A stretch of DNA of 64,000 nucleotides from Eledone cirrhosa (Eukaryota). Shown in pieces: positions 1 through 10,499 of this stretch. Both the position numbers and the translations under genes were made by a program. A model generated the notes under the pieces. It was not told the DNA's origin, did no database searches, and saw only the letters and a program-made list of their open reading frames with translations. Numbering within the stretch: position 1 is the stretch's first letter; every line of letters starts with the position of its first letter. The stretch covers positions 43,586,001 through 43,650,000 of the forward strand of contig OZ024748.1 of assembly GCA_964016885.1 (NCBI GenBank), given 5' to 3'.

Positions 1-385
1 GACACCTGTAATAACATTATCTAGTACAGGTTACATAGGTGTGACAACTGTAACAATATCTATCTAGTATAAGTGTGACACCTGTAACATGTACCTAGTA
101 CAGGTTACATAGGTGTGACACCTGTAACATGTATCTAGTACAGGTTACATAGATGTTGTTACAGGTGTCACACCTATGTAACATGTACTAGGTACATGTT
201 ACAGGTGTCACACCTATGTAACCTGTACTAGATAGATATTGTTACAGGTGTCACACCTATCTAGTACAGGTTACATAGGTGTGACACCTGTAACAACATG
301 TACCTAGTACAGGTTACATAGGTGTGATGCCTGTAACAATATCTATCTAGTACAGGTTACATAGGTGTGACAGCTGTAACAACAT
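1..385. repeat. ~40-bp minisatellite (gacacctgtaacatgtacctagtacaggttacataggtgt) with an internal inverted block at about 155-260
   Basis: Tandem units are visible. About 155-260 reads as the reverse complement (gttacaggtgtcacacctatgtaac). Confidence 0.9.
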
Positions 386-420
386 CAATAATACATATGT
401 GAAAATTTCTTGTGACTTAC

Positions 421-458
421 CAACTAATTGTGCCAAGTACAATTGACATTGATAGAGT
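421..458 (-). CDS. Lifeguard coding exon 7 (TLSMSIVLGTIS; TM3)
   Basis: ctatttcAG acceptor, GTAAGT donor, 38 nt, in phase. Confidence 0.9.
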
Positions 459-1234
459 CTGAAATAGAACAAAAATACAAGTAAAATTCCGTTATAACGA
501 AATTTGTTTCAATCCCAGCCACACGCTCCATGTGTTAGGTCAATCTCATTATAAAGAATTTTTCGTTACAACAAATATTTTTAAAACCCCGTGAATTTCA
601 CTGTACAACAGCCATTATCGTTTGACATAGAGAAGACATCCAAAATAGGGGAGACAAAATAATAAAAGTGTTAAAATTTAATTTATTGCTCACATATAGT
701 GGGTACATAAATGTATTTATGAGTTTTATATCCAGTATTACTATTATTTGATATAAAAACCCATATTACTATTATTTGATATAAAACCCATATTATTATT
801 ATTCGATATAAAACCCACAAATAAAAGTATTATCATAGATAACTAATAAAAAGGATTAACTTACCAAAATAAACAAGCATATTACATTACCAGGATATTT
901 CCGCCTGAGAAATAAAAAGAGAAAAACATTGATGTTCTATTTTCTTTATATATATATATACATATATATATATATAGTAATAATAATAAATTTGAAAACT
1001 AAAATCCAAAGAGGGCTCGATAAGGATAAATATATATCAAATATATAAGAACCCTAGAGCAAATATTTATTAAAATAACAGATTAAAGTTTAAGCAAAGA
1101 ATCGATGCTTTCACACTTAATGGGATCTTCTGAAACTAAAAAAAAATCAATCAGATTGATTTTTTTTAGTTTCAGAAGATCCCGTTAAGTGTAAAAGCAG
1201 CAATTCTTTGCTTAAACTTTAATCTGTTATTTTA

Positions 1235-1282
<48 letters not shown>

Positions 1283-4200
1283 TTATATTCTACATTAAGT
1301 AGCTCATTCAGAGAGAGAGAGAATCTATTTTCTTATATATACATGATGGCTGCCCCATCGTTATCGAGTATGACCATTGCATGTTATACCATTATTAATA
1401 ATTATTAATTAATTCTATCGTTCAATGCCTGTGCGTGAAGATTTTTTTTAAAGTGAGGAAAGACTGTGCACTGAGCCAATCCCACTCTCTGAGCGACAGT
1501 AGCTATAACCCAAAAAGAAGAAAAGATCAACATCATCGGTTACTGAGCCGCAGGTTTTATGTCGGAGTTATCCCAGTTTCCTGAGTTGCCTTCTCCTATA
1601 TATTTTTACATATATACTTTAGAATTTTTACAATTGGTCCACATTATCCTTGCATATCATAAGAAGTGACTAAGATGGTTGATGTGAGGAAAGACAGGCA
1701 GTTACATAACAACCCAGTCCAACCCAATCCTTGCATATCATAAGAAGTGACTAAGATGGTTGATGTGAGGAAAGACAGGCAGTTACATAACAACCCAGTC
1801 CAACCCAATCCTTGCATATCATAAGAAGTGACTAAGATGGTTGATGTGAGGAAAGACAGGCAGTTACATAACAACCCAGTCCAACCCAATCCTTGCATAT
1901 CATAAGAAGTGACTAAGATGGTTGATGTGAGGAAAGACAGGCAGTTACATAACAACCCAGTCCAACCCAATCCTTGCATATCATAAGAAGTGACTCAGAT
2001 GGTTGATGTGAGGAAAGACAGGCAGTTACATAACAACCCAGTCCAACCCAATCCTTGCATATCATAAGAAGTGACTAAGATGGTTGATGTGAGGAAAGAC
2101 AGGCAGTTACATAACAACCAAGTCCAACCCATCTCTTTATATTTCAACAAGGAAAATTAAACTTTTCTATCTATACTCACCTAACATCTTTTATACATAT
2201 CAGAACAATGTATACACAAATAAATATACCACTGAAAAAGAATTAAAACAAATATATTATTTATTATATAAATACTTTACTATTTACATATTATATACTT
2301 TATTATATACACATTATATACCTTATTATAAACATATTATATACCTTATTATATACACGTTATATACCTTATTATATACATATTATATACTTTATTATAT
2401 ACATATTATATACATATTATATACATATTATATACCTTGTTATATATATATTATATACTTTATTATATACATATTATATACACATTATATACCTTATTAT
2501 ATACATATTATTTACACATTATATACCTTATTATATACCTTATATACACATTATATACCTTATTATATACACATTATATACCTTATTATATACACATTAT
2601 ATACCTTATTATATACACATTATATACCTTATTATATACACATTATATACCTTATTATATACATATTATATATCTTATTATATACATATTATATATCTTA
2701 TTATATACACATTATATACCTTATATACCTAATTATATACACATTATATACCTTATTATATAGATATTATACACCTTATTATATACATATATACTTTATT
2801 ATATACATATATAGTTTATTATACATATATATACTACATATTATATACTTTATATATATACTTTACATATATATATATAGAAGCACATGGCTTAGTGGTT
2901 AGAGCATTGGGCTTGCAATCGAAAGGTTGTGAGTTCAATTCTCAGACCGGGTGATGTATTGTTTCCTTGAGCAAGACACTTTATTTCACATTGCTCCAGT
3001 TTACTCAGCTGTAGAAATGATATCATTCCACTGCAAAGTGGTCGTGGAGGTGCCACGGCAAAAAAGCACCCAGCACTCACTGTAAATGGGGTTGGTGTTA
3101 GGGAGTGCATCCAGCTGTAGAAATCAAGCCAGATCAGTTCCCGCCCCACCCTTGCAAGCAGGGAAAAGGTGGACGTAAAATGAAATGATGATACATATAT
3201 ACCTTATTATATACATATCATATCAGTTCTGTATGAGCAAAACACGGTCCTCCTACCTGAATGTCACAATGGGACAGCACGTCTGACCCGTGCTAGCATG
3301 GAAAATGGATGTTAAAACATGATGATGATGATGATGATGATATTATATACCTTATTATATATTCAGTAGTGAACTAGACCCTGCTAAAACAATGTACTGG
3401 CTGTTTCATCATGACACTACCACTTTACAGAGTGTACTGGGTGTATTTCATCATGACATCAACACTACCACATTACAGAGTGTACTGGATGTATTTCATC
3501 AGGATACCAACACTACCACTTTGCAGAGTGTACTGGGTGTATTTCATCATGACACCACCACTACCACTTTACAGAGTGTACTGGATATATTTTATCATGA
3601 CACCAATACTACCACTTTGCAGAGTGTACTGGGTGTATTTTATCATGACACCACCACTACCACTTTACAGAGTGTACTGGGTGTACTACCACTTGTTTAT
3701 AAATAAGAGTGAGGTTAATGTTACTTACTATGATACTAAGTAGACCCAGAGGTTTTCTCTAATCCACAATCGTATTGTTTCTCTGTAAAGATAAATAGAA
3801 CAACAATAAATGTTTGGTCAAAGTGGACATTGACCAGTGGGTATGTGTCTTTTACTACAGTGATGGTTGTAGTTCCTTCCCTATTGGGTGTGATCACACT
3901 TCACTGACCAGTGTGTCTTTTACTACAGTGATGGTTGTAGTTCCTTCCCTATAGGGTGTGGTCACACTTCACTGACCAGTCTGTCTTTTACTACAGTGAT
4001 GGTTGTAGTTCCTTCCCTATAGGGTGTGGTCACACTTCACTGACCAGTGTGTCTTTTACTACAGTGATGGTTGTAGTTCCTTCCCTATAGGGTATGGTCA
4101 CACTTCACTGACCAGTGTGTCTTTTACTACAGTGATGGTTGTAGTTCCTTCCCTATAGGGTATGGTCACACTTCACTGACCAGTGTGTCTTTTACTACAG

Positions 4201-7200
4201 TGCTGGTTGTAGTTCCTTCCCTATTGGGTATGGTCACACTTCACTGACCAGTCTGTCTTTTACTACAGTGATGGTTGTAGTTCCTTCTCTATAGGGTATG
4301 GTCGCACTTCACTGACCAGTCTGTCTTTTACTACAGTGATGGTTGTAGTTCCTTCCCTATAGGGTGTGGTCACACTTCACTGACCAGTCTGTCTTTTACT
4401 ACAGTAATGGTTGTAGTTCCTTCCCTATAGGGTATGGTCGCACTTCACTGACCAGTGTGTCTTTTACTACAGTGATGGTTGTAGTTCCTTCCCTATAGGG
4501 TGTGGTCACACTTCACTGACCAGTCTGTCTTTTACTACAGTAATGGTTGTAGTTCCTTCCCTATAGGGTATGGTCACACTTCACTGACCAGTCTGTCTTT
4601 TACTACAGTGATGGTTGTAGTTCCTTCCCTATAGGGTGTGGTCACACTTCACTGACCAGTCTGTCTTTTACTACAGTGATGGTTGTAGTTCCTTCCCTAT
4701 AGGGTATGGTCACACTTCACTGACCAGTGTGTCTTTTACTACAGTGATGGTTGTAGTTCCTTCCCTATTGGGTATGGTCGCACTTCACTGACCATAGATT
4801 GACTTATGAGTAAAATTTAGAAGCTGGAAACAGGACAGAAACTCATCATATACATACATGTGTGTGTCTCTCTGTCTGTGTGTATGTGTGTCTGTGTGTG
4901 TGTGTATGTGTCTGTATGTGTGTGTGTTTGTGTGTGTCTGTGTCTGTGTATGTGTCTGTGTCTGTGTGTGTGTATGTGCTTGTGTATGTATGTGTAACAA
5001 GACTGCCATCTTAGATAATGTAGGGGAGACTATTTTAGAAAAGAAAAGTCATCACAGTCATGTCTTAAATACATTTTATCCTAAGTCTACACACAACAAC
5101 AAGAATACGTAACTCGTCTATAAGAACCAGGGTATATATTTTAAAAGTACTTACACAAACATAAAAAGACAAATAACTGCAACTGTGAGGAGCAACTGAG
5201 CCATCAATATCATATACACCTGAAGAAGAAGAAAAAAGACAAATAGAGCAGGCTGTTCTGTTGATCATATCAATCGGAACACTCGTAACTGACAGACTGC
5301 CATGATAATTTCTTAATAGAAAGGTCTTTGGAATAATATTACTCACTAGAGTGTGTCGCTCGGAGATCAGAGATTCACTCCAAGTAGAGTTGCTATTTCT
5401 CCAAATTGAGAGATCACAGCTCTGATACTATGGACATGTGGTTAGAATGTCTGAGGAAAGAATCACTGGAGAGTCACTCCAAGTAGAGCTGCTACTTCTC
5501 CAAATTAGAGAACACAGGTTCAATACTATGGACATGTGGTTAGAATGTCTGAGGAAAGAATCACTGGAGAGTTACACCAAGTAGAGCTGCTACTTCTCCA
5601 AATTAGAGAACACAGGTTCAATACTATGGACATGTGGTTAGAATGTCTGAGGAAAGAATCACTGGAGAGTCACTCCAAGTAGAGCTGCTACTTCTCCAAA
5701 TTAGAGAACACAGGTTCAATACTATGGACATGTGGTTAGAATGTCTGAGGAAAGAATCACTGGAGAGTTACACCAAGTAGAGCTGCTACTTCTCCAAATT
5801 AGAGAACACAGGTTCAATACTATGGACATGTGGTTAGAATGTCTGAGGAAAGAATCACTGGAGAGTCACTCCAAGTAGAGCTGCTACTTCTCCAAATTAG
5901 AGAACACAGGTTCAATACTATGGACATGTGGTTAGAATGTCTGAGGAAAGAATCACTGGAGAGTTACACCAAGTAGAGCTGCTACTTCTCCAAATTAGAG
6001 AACACAGGTTCAATACTATGGACATGTGGTTAGAATGTCTGAGGAAAGAATCACTGGAGAGTCACACCAAGTAGAGCTGCTACTTCTCCAAATTAGAGAA
6101 CACAGGTTCAATACTATGGACATGTGGTTAGAATGTCTGAGGAAAGAATCACTGGACAGATTTTATGGGCAAAACCAAATAGTTTTGGTGGTAGACCACG
6201 AGCAAGATGGTTGGATAACATCCATGAGCTTGGCTGGTCTCACTTGGAGATCCAGCCAGATCAGTTGGAGACAGTTATTTAAGTGGGAAGAGAAGAAAAA
6301 GAAAGAATGGATCTCAGTCACTTTCAACAATGAGTGTTCCAGTTGTTCAATCAACGAAATAGCTTGCTCATGAAATTAACATGTAAGTGGCTGAGCATTC
6401 CACACAACACACACATATGTACCCTTAATATAATGCTCAGGGAGATTCAGTGTGATAAAGCTGACTCTTTGAATTACAGGTATAGTCCATCTGGGCTTCT
6501 AAACAGTTTCTGTCTACCCAATTTAATTCACAAGTCAGGAGTCAACCCCAGGTTATGGGGGTTAAACCTAGGACTTTATGGTTGTGAAGCAAACTTAACT
6601 CTTCAGCCAAGCTACACCCACATTTATTTGTCGTTACTTTAATAATTCAACACACTATCATAGTTAGAAAGCCCATATCTCCACATTGTTTTAGTTCTTT
6701 CACTCTTTTGACAAGAGGATTATTTCCCAAAATATATTAGACAAATTAAATGAAATATTTCCAAAATAACATATCAACACCTAAGTTACTAGCATTGAGT
6801 TAATTTTAATGAGGTCACACATTTTATAGTACTTACTTTACGGATAAAGGCTCGACGGATTGCTTTGTTTGAAAAGGAGTTGCCAAAGGTGGGAGCATCT
6901 TCTGGAAGAATAGAATTAAATGGAATAATTTAAATCAATGAGAATTGAATAAGTAAAGTTTGTAACAAGCACAGCTGTTATTAGCTGCATTATCAGGAAC
7001 ATCAAACACCATCTTTTGCAGGATATAGTTACAGTCTTTTACATTCTCAATTCAAATCTTGCTGATGTTAAGCTTTGTCTTTCATCCTTAAGGGATGGAT
7101 ATATCAAAGTACCAGTAATGCACTGGGGTGAATTTAATCGACTTTCCCCTTCCCCTTTTAACAGAGTCCTTCTATGGAAATATGATATGGAAAGGTTTAA

Positions 7201-7793
7201 CACTTTACCATTTACATTATTCTATATTTACTGTTATATTTTTGCGGTAAAGGCTTTATCTTACATAATATCTCGCGTAATATTGAATCTATGAGATGTT
7301 GATATTATTTATTTTGAGAACAATACCTTAACATCAGTAAGAGGGGCTAGTTACAGCCAGTTTAAACAGAAAGAAGTGAGAGAATACTGGCCAGATATGG
7401 TTGGTTTAAATGCTAAAGGGTTAAAGACTGTTACTTACCAACGCTGGATATGTCAGTGACATGACAGGCTCCATCATCAGTGGTTGGTGTCATGGCAGGG
7501 TTGGTATAACCAGCAGATGCCATGCCAGGGTTGGTATAACCAGCAGATGCCATGCCAGGGTTGGTATAACCAGCAGATGCCATGCCAGGGTTGGTATAAC
7601 CAGCAGATGCCATGCCAGGGTCACCATAACCAGCAGATGTCATAGCAGGGTTGGTATAACCAGCAAATGCCATGCCAGGGTCACTATAACCAGTTGGTGA
7701 CATGGCAGGGTTATTATACCCAGGAGTTTTGTAAATGGGGTTTTCATTAATACAGGTACTGTAATCAGGCGGTGGATCAAGTGGATTACTCAT
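421..7793 (-). CDS. LFG: Protein lifeguard / TMBIM family gene (FAIM2/GRINA/TMBIM1-like), 3'-partial, spliced: join(7793-7439, 6901-6837, 5219-5155, 3782-3729, 2231-2181, 904-865, 458-421); continues beyond the left edge
   Basis: All exons are bounded by polypyrimidine-AG and GTAAGT/GTGAGT, and the phases chain (1,0,2,2,2,0,2). The spliced translation ...SSVEDAPTFGNSFSNKAIRRAFIRKVYMILMAQLLLTVAVICLFMFVETIRLWIRENLWVYLVSYGIFICVYIVLICIKDVRRKYPGNVICLFILTLSMSIVLGTIS carries the LFG signatures F.(D/N)K.IRRAFIRKVY..L..QL..T and RRK.P.N. The exact paralog is not determined. Confidence 0.93.
865..904 (-). CDS. Lifeguard coding exon 6 (RKYPGNVICLFIL)
   Basis: tatttctcAG acceptor, GTAAGT donor, 40 nt, RRKxPxN motif. 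Confidence 0.92.
978..1237. mobile_element. Solo Penelope terminal-repeat fragment forming a ~170-bp hairpin (arms ~1068-1152 / 1154-1237), with two degenerate hammerhead copies
   Basis: 978-1140 is the reverse complement of 12829-12992. Palindrome centre caatc-a-gattg at 1153. (TA)n lies on both sides. Confidence 0.85.
1645..2130. repeat. 81-bp tandem repeat x6
   Basis: Near-identical units atccttgcatatcataagaag...cagtccaaccca; 27-aa periodicity in the ORF track. Confidence 0.97.
2181..2231 (-). CDS. Lifeguard coding exon 5 (GIFICVYIVLICIKDVR; TM2)
   Basis: ctttttcAG acceptor, AG|GTGAGT donor, 51 nt, in phase. Confidence 0.92.
   Translation of the reverse strand, partial: WYIYLCIHCSDMYKRC
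2270..2865. repeat. AT-rich ~24-bp minisatellite (tatatacacattatataccttat)
   Basis: Direct inspection. Confidence 0.9.
2881..3192 (+). mobile_element. tRNA-derived SINE with RTE-like 3' tail
   Basis: A box TGGCTTAGTGG and B box GAGTTCAATTC. Body shared with 17851-18277. Tail ends ggacgtaaaatgaaatgatga, like the RTE 3' ends in this window. Confidence 0.85.
3222..3342 (+). mobile_element. Short RTE/SINE 3'-tail fragment with (GAT)n
   Basis: ...gacccgtgctagcatggaaaatggatgttaaaacat(gat)n matches the RTE termini. Confidence 0.7.
3390..3692. repeat. 48-bp tandem repeat x~6
   Basis: Unit cagagtgtactgggtgtatttcatcatgacaccaccactaccacttta. Confidence 0.93.
3729..3782 (-). CDS. Lifeguard coding exon 4 (ETIRLWIRENLWVYLVSY)
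   Basis: tctttacAG acceptor, GTAAGT donor, 54 nt, in phase. Confidence 0.92.
3832..4794. repeat. 68-bp tandem repeat x~14, rich in short palindromes
   Basis: tgaccagt at 3905, 3973, 4041 and onward; internal actaca..tgtagt and ccctataggg. Confidence 0.97.
5155..5219 (-). CDS. Lifeguard coding exon 3 (VYMILMAQLLLTVAVICLFMFV; TM1)
   Basis: cttcttcttcAG acceptor, GTAAGT donor, 65 nt. Confidence 0.93.
5320..6290 (+). mobile_element. Degraded RTE (Expander/Rex3-like) 3' fragment whose middle is amplified into a 98-bp tandem array x8 (~5375-6155)
   Basis: First unit translates QIERSQL*YYGHVVRMSEERIT; after the array the reading continues GQILWAKP..GGRPRARWLDNI. Period 98 (5481, 5579, 5677). Confidence 0.82.
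6345..6610. repeat. Degraded interspersed repeat (SINE-like) fragments
   Basis: gaaattaacatgtaagtggctgagcattccac...cagggagattcag...ttgaattacaggta resembles interspersed repeats I recall from octopus DNA; this cannot be verified within the window. Confidence 0.4.
6837..6901 (-). CDS. Lifeguard coding exon 2 (EDAPTFGNSFSNKAIRRAFIRK)
   Basis: ttcttccAG acceptor, AAA|GTAAGT donor, 65 nt, conserved LFG motif. Confidence 0.93.
7020..7190 (+). mobile_element. Degraded SINE of the same family as 28380-28570
   Basis: ttcaaatcttgctgatgttaagctttgtctttcatcctt...aaagtaccagtaatgcactgggg aligns with 28459-28535. Confidence 0.7.
7197..7424. mobile_element. piggyBac-type MITE (TTAA target, CCCTTTAGCATTTA-like TIRs)
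   Basis: ttaa-cactttaccattta ... taaatgctaaaggg-ttaa; second copy at 42120-42351. Confidence 0.8.
7439..7793 (-). CDS. Lifeguard coding exon 1 (ATG; PPDY motif; 8x10-aa repeat)
   Basis: ATG at 7793. Acceptor tttcatcattAG at 7810-7809 leaves 15 nt of 5'UTR in this exon, which implies an upstream non-coding exon. Donor G|GTAAGT at 7438. Confidence 0.88.
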
Positions 7794-7929
7794 GTTTTCA
7801 GGTGTAAACTAATGATGAAATAAAACAAATAGAAATAAAAACAATTAGCAAAACAATGTAAAAAAAACAAACTAAAAGATATTTTACTTTTACTGTGAAA
7901 TTTGGTGGAGAGTAACTAGAGAAGCCAGC

Positions 7930-8410
7930 ATATGTGTAAGTGTGTGTGTGTATGTGTGCGTGTGTGTATAAGTGTATGTGTGTGTGTGTATATATGTGTG
8001 TGTATGTGTGTGTACATGTGTGTGTATGTATGTGTATGTGTATATGTATGTGTGTGTGTGTGTGTATATGTGTATATGTATGTGTATGTGAGTATGTGTA
8101 TGTGTGTGTGCATGTGTATGTGTGTGTGTGCATGTGTATGTGTATATATGTGTGTGTGCATGCGTATGTGTGTATATGTGTGTGTGTGCATGTGTATATG
8201 TATGTGTGTACATGTGTATGTGTGTGTGTGTATATGTGTGTGTGCGCATGTGTATGTGTTTGTGTATGTGTGTGTGTGTACATGTGTAGGTGTGTGTGTG
8301 TGTGTGCATGTGTATGTGTGTGTGTGTGTGCATGTATACATATGTATGCATGGGCATGTGTGTGTGTGTATGTGCATGTGTGTATATGTATATATACACA
8401 CATATATATA
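7930..8410. repeat. (TG/TA)n compound microsatellite
   Basis: Direct inspection; source of many spurious ORFs. Confidence 0.97.
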
Positions 8411-8696
8411 TGGATGGGACCACTCATGTAAACTCTCATATCTGAAGAAGTATCGATTAAGAGCCAAGTTCCAATCACATGATCAGGTTCCAATCACATG
8501 ATCAGGTTCCAATCACATGATCAAAGTGGAGCTGATCAATATGGAAACAAATTGTAATATGTAATAAAGTTTACAAAAAGCTGCAATTCTTATTGCCACT
8601 TTATATATATATACATGGCAATGACTTTGTTTTGGAGGAAACATAATAGTACCACTGATGAAGTCACAGATGTGTGATGAAGGAAATTTGGTAGAT

Positions 8697-8728
<32 letters not shown>

Positions 8729-8911
8729 TTTTTGTTTTGTTTTTTTTAACTGTTGGTCAATCAATAATCAATAATAAACATTGATTGCCAGCTAAGTTAA
8801 CTATAGGGATATAAAATATACAGAAGTGAAAACCAATCCAAACCAAACAGTGAGTGTCTTTTATTATTATTTCTGGCAATATTATAACAACATGACCCTC
8901 CCCAAATATAA

Positions 8912-8969
<58 letters not shown>

Positions 8970-9387
8970 TAAAAGAGAAAACACAGGTAAGCATTAAGAG
9001 AAGGATTTTATCCAGGTATTTACGACCGTTTCATTGGTAAGTGCAACCTTATATTGCAATACTGCAAATAGCAGCCACTCAATTATAATTGTTGTTCACA
9101 GTCCAAATTTTCAAAATAGTGAGTTACTCTTGAAATAATTCTTAATATATAGAGAGAAAAACTTTTATTTTGAATTGTATTTACTAGTATAGAGAGAGAG
9201 GAATCAGAAGGTGAGGGGACAAACTGATATTGAGGGAGGGGTAGAGGTGAAAGGATTCTTTGGTCAGTTTTGATAGCAGACTTCATGTTGTGGAATGTAG
9301 TGAGTTAAAGAGAATTAAATTGATCATAGTGGGAGAGATGGATAGAGAGGGAGAGAGAGAGGGGGGAGATATAAAGAGATAAATATA

Positions 9388-10490
9388 TCATCATCATCAT
9401 CATCATCAACGCTTAACGTCCGTGTTCCACGCTTGCATGGGTTTGGACGGGGGTATTCCCACTTGAGGCAAGAGTGATTGTCTTGCTCGCATAGGACTGT
9501 CTGGCAGGTTTTCTACATGCGGGACTGGGAGGTTTTTACCATGTTGCCTACACGGCCACATTACAGCGTGGACTGTGTGTTTTTTTGTCGTGACACCTAC
9601 ACGATCTCATTTGTTTCGGCCTGGATGTTGTGGCACCAACATAACTTTACATAGGAGGGGGTGGTGTGGATGGGGTGTGGGTGGTGGGACGGGGGTGTAT
9701 TTTGTTAGAGGTGCCTACTGGCTGTAGTAGGTTTTACTATGTATTTAGGTAAGGCGGGTCTTCTCTATTACTGAGTACCGCCAAAGGTCTCGGTCCAGTG
9801 ACATTGTCTTGGTGAGGTGTAAGTGTGTGAGGTCGGAGTTTATCAGCTCATCCCAGGTTTTTCTGGGTCTGCCTATTCCGTGGCTACCGTCTATCTTTAT
9901 TGCCCTGCACTTTGTTATACAGCTATCGTCCTTCATGCGCATTACGTGACCATACCAACGTAGCCTTCTCTCGTGTAGACAACATCTGATCCCTCTTATT
10001 TCTAATTTTTTTCCTTAGTTCGTTTCTGCTTTGTCGTTCACGTATATTACTATTACACATCCAGTGGAGCATGCAAGCTTCATTTCTCTCTAGTCTGCGT
10101 ATATCTTCTGCACACAATGCCCAGGTCTCATTGCCATGCAACATTGCTGTTCGTATGCAGGCGTCGTACAACCTGCCTTTCATTTTTAGGGAGAACCCTT
10201 TAGCGGCTAACAGTGGTATAAGCTCTCTGAACTTTTTCCACCCAGTTCTGACTCTAGCTACTGTACTTTCAGAGCACCCTCCCCCACTGCTGATTTTGTC
10301 ACCCAGGTAATGGAAGCTGTCCACTATTTCTATAGAACCCTCTGCGCAGCTGAAAGAGCTAGTATTTTGTGGGCACTTGCTGCTACTTATTGCGCCGGAA
10401 CACCGGCCACATGTAAAATCTATGTTCTTAGTTAGCTTACCTGTGATCCCACTACATCTTTTATGCACCCAAACTTTGCATTTGGGACAC
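9388..10490 (-). mobile_element. 5'-truncated RTE LINE copy (PHD end, RT C-terminus, 3'UTR, (GAT)n tail), frameshifted
   Basis: ORFs 9923-10492 and 9745-9942 are near-identical to the end of 13424-15400; 3'UTR shared with 13008-13423. Confidence 0.95.
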
Positions 10491-10499
10491 ATATATATA

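Noticed and set aside
1644-1979. 111-aa ORF on the Lifeguard strand
   Set aside because: An 81-bp tandem repeat inside an intron; the flanking exons already splice in phase without it
2881-2950. tRNA genes (also at 17851, 28380, 42383)
   Set aside because: A/B boxes are present but there is no convincing cloverleaf, and each continues into a SINE body
7482-7721. Reflectin-like Met/Tyr repeat
   Set aside because: Lacks the MD-x5 reflectin motif, and the exon splices to a TMBIM domain
7798-8501. His/Thr- and Cys/Val-rich ORFs (likewise at 22412-23047, 25981-26447, 33045-34009, 38022-38569)
   Set aside because: Translations of dinucleotide microsatellites
8651-8694. Hammerhead-like CTGATGA + gtcaca/tgtgat stem
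   Set aside because: GAAA/stem III/NUH geometry is broken; at most a relic
9015-9075. Minus-strand GAAA-cggtcg-TA half hammerhead
   Set aside because: No recognisable CUGANGA or stem I partner
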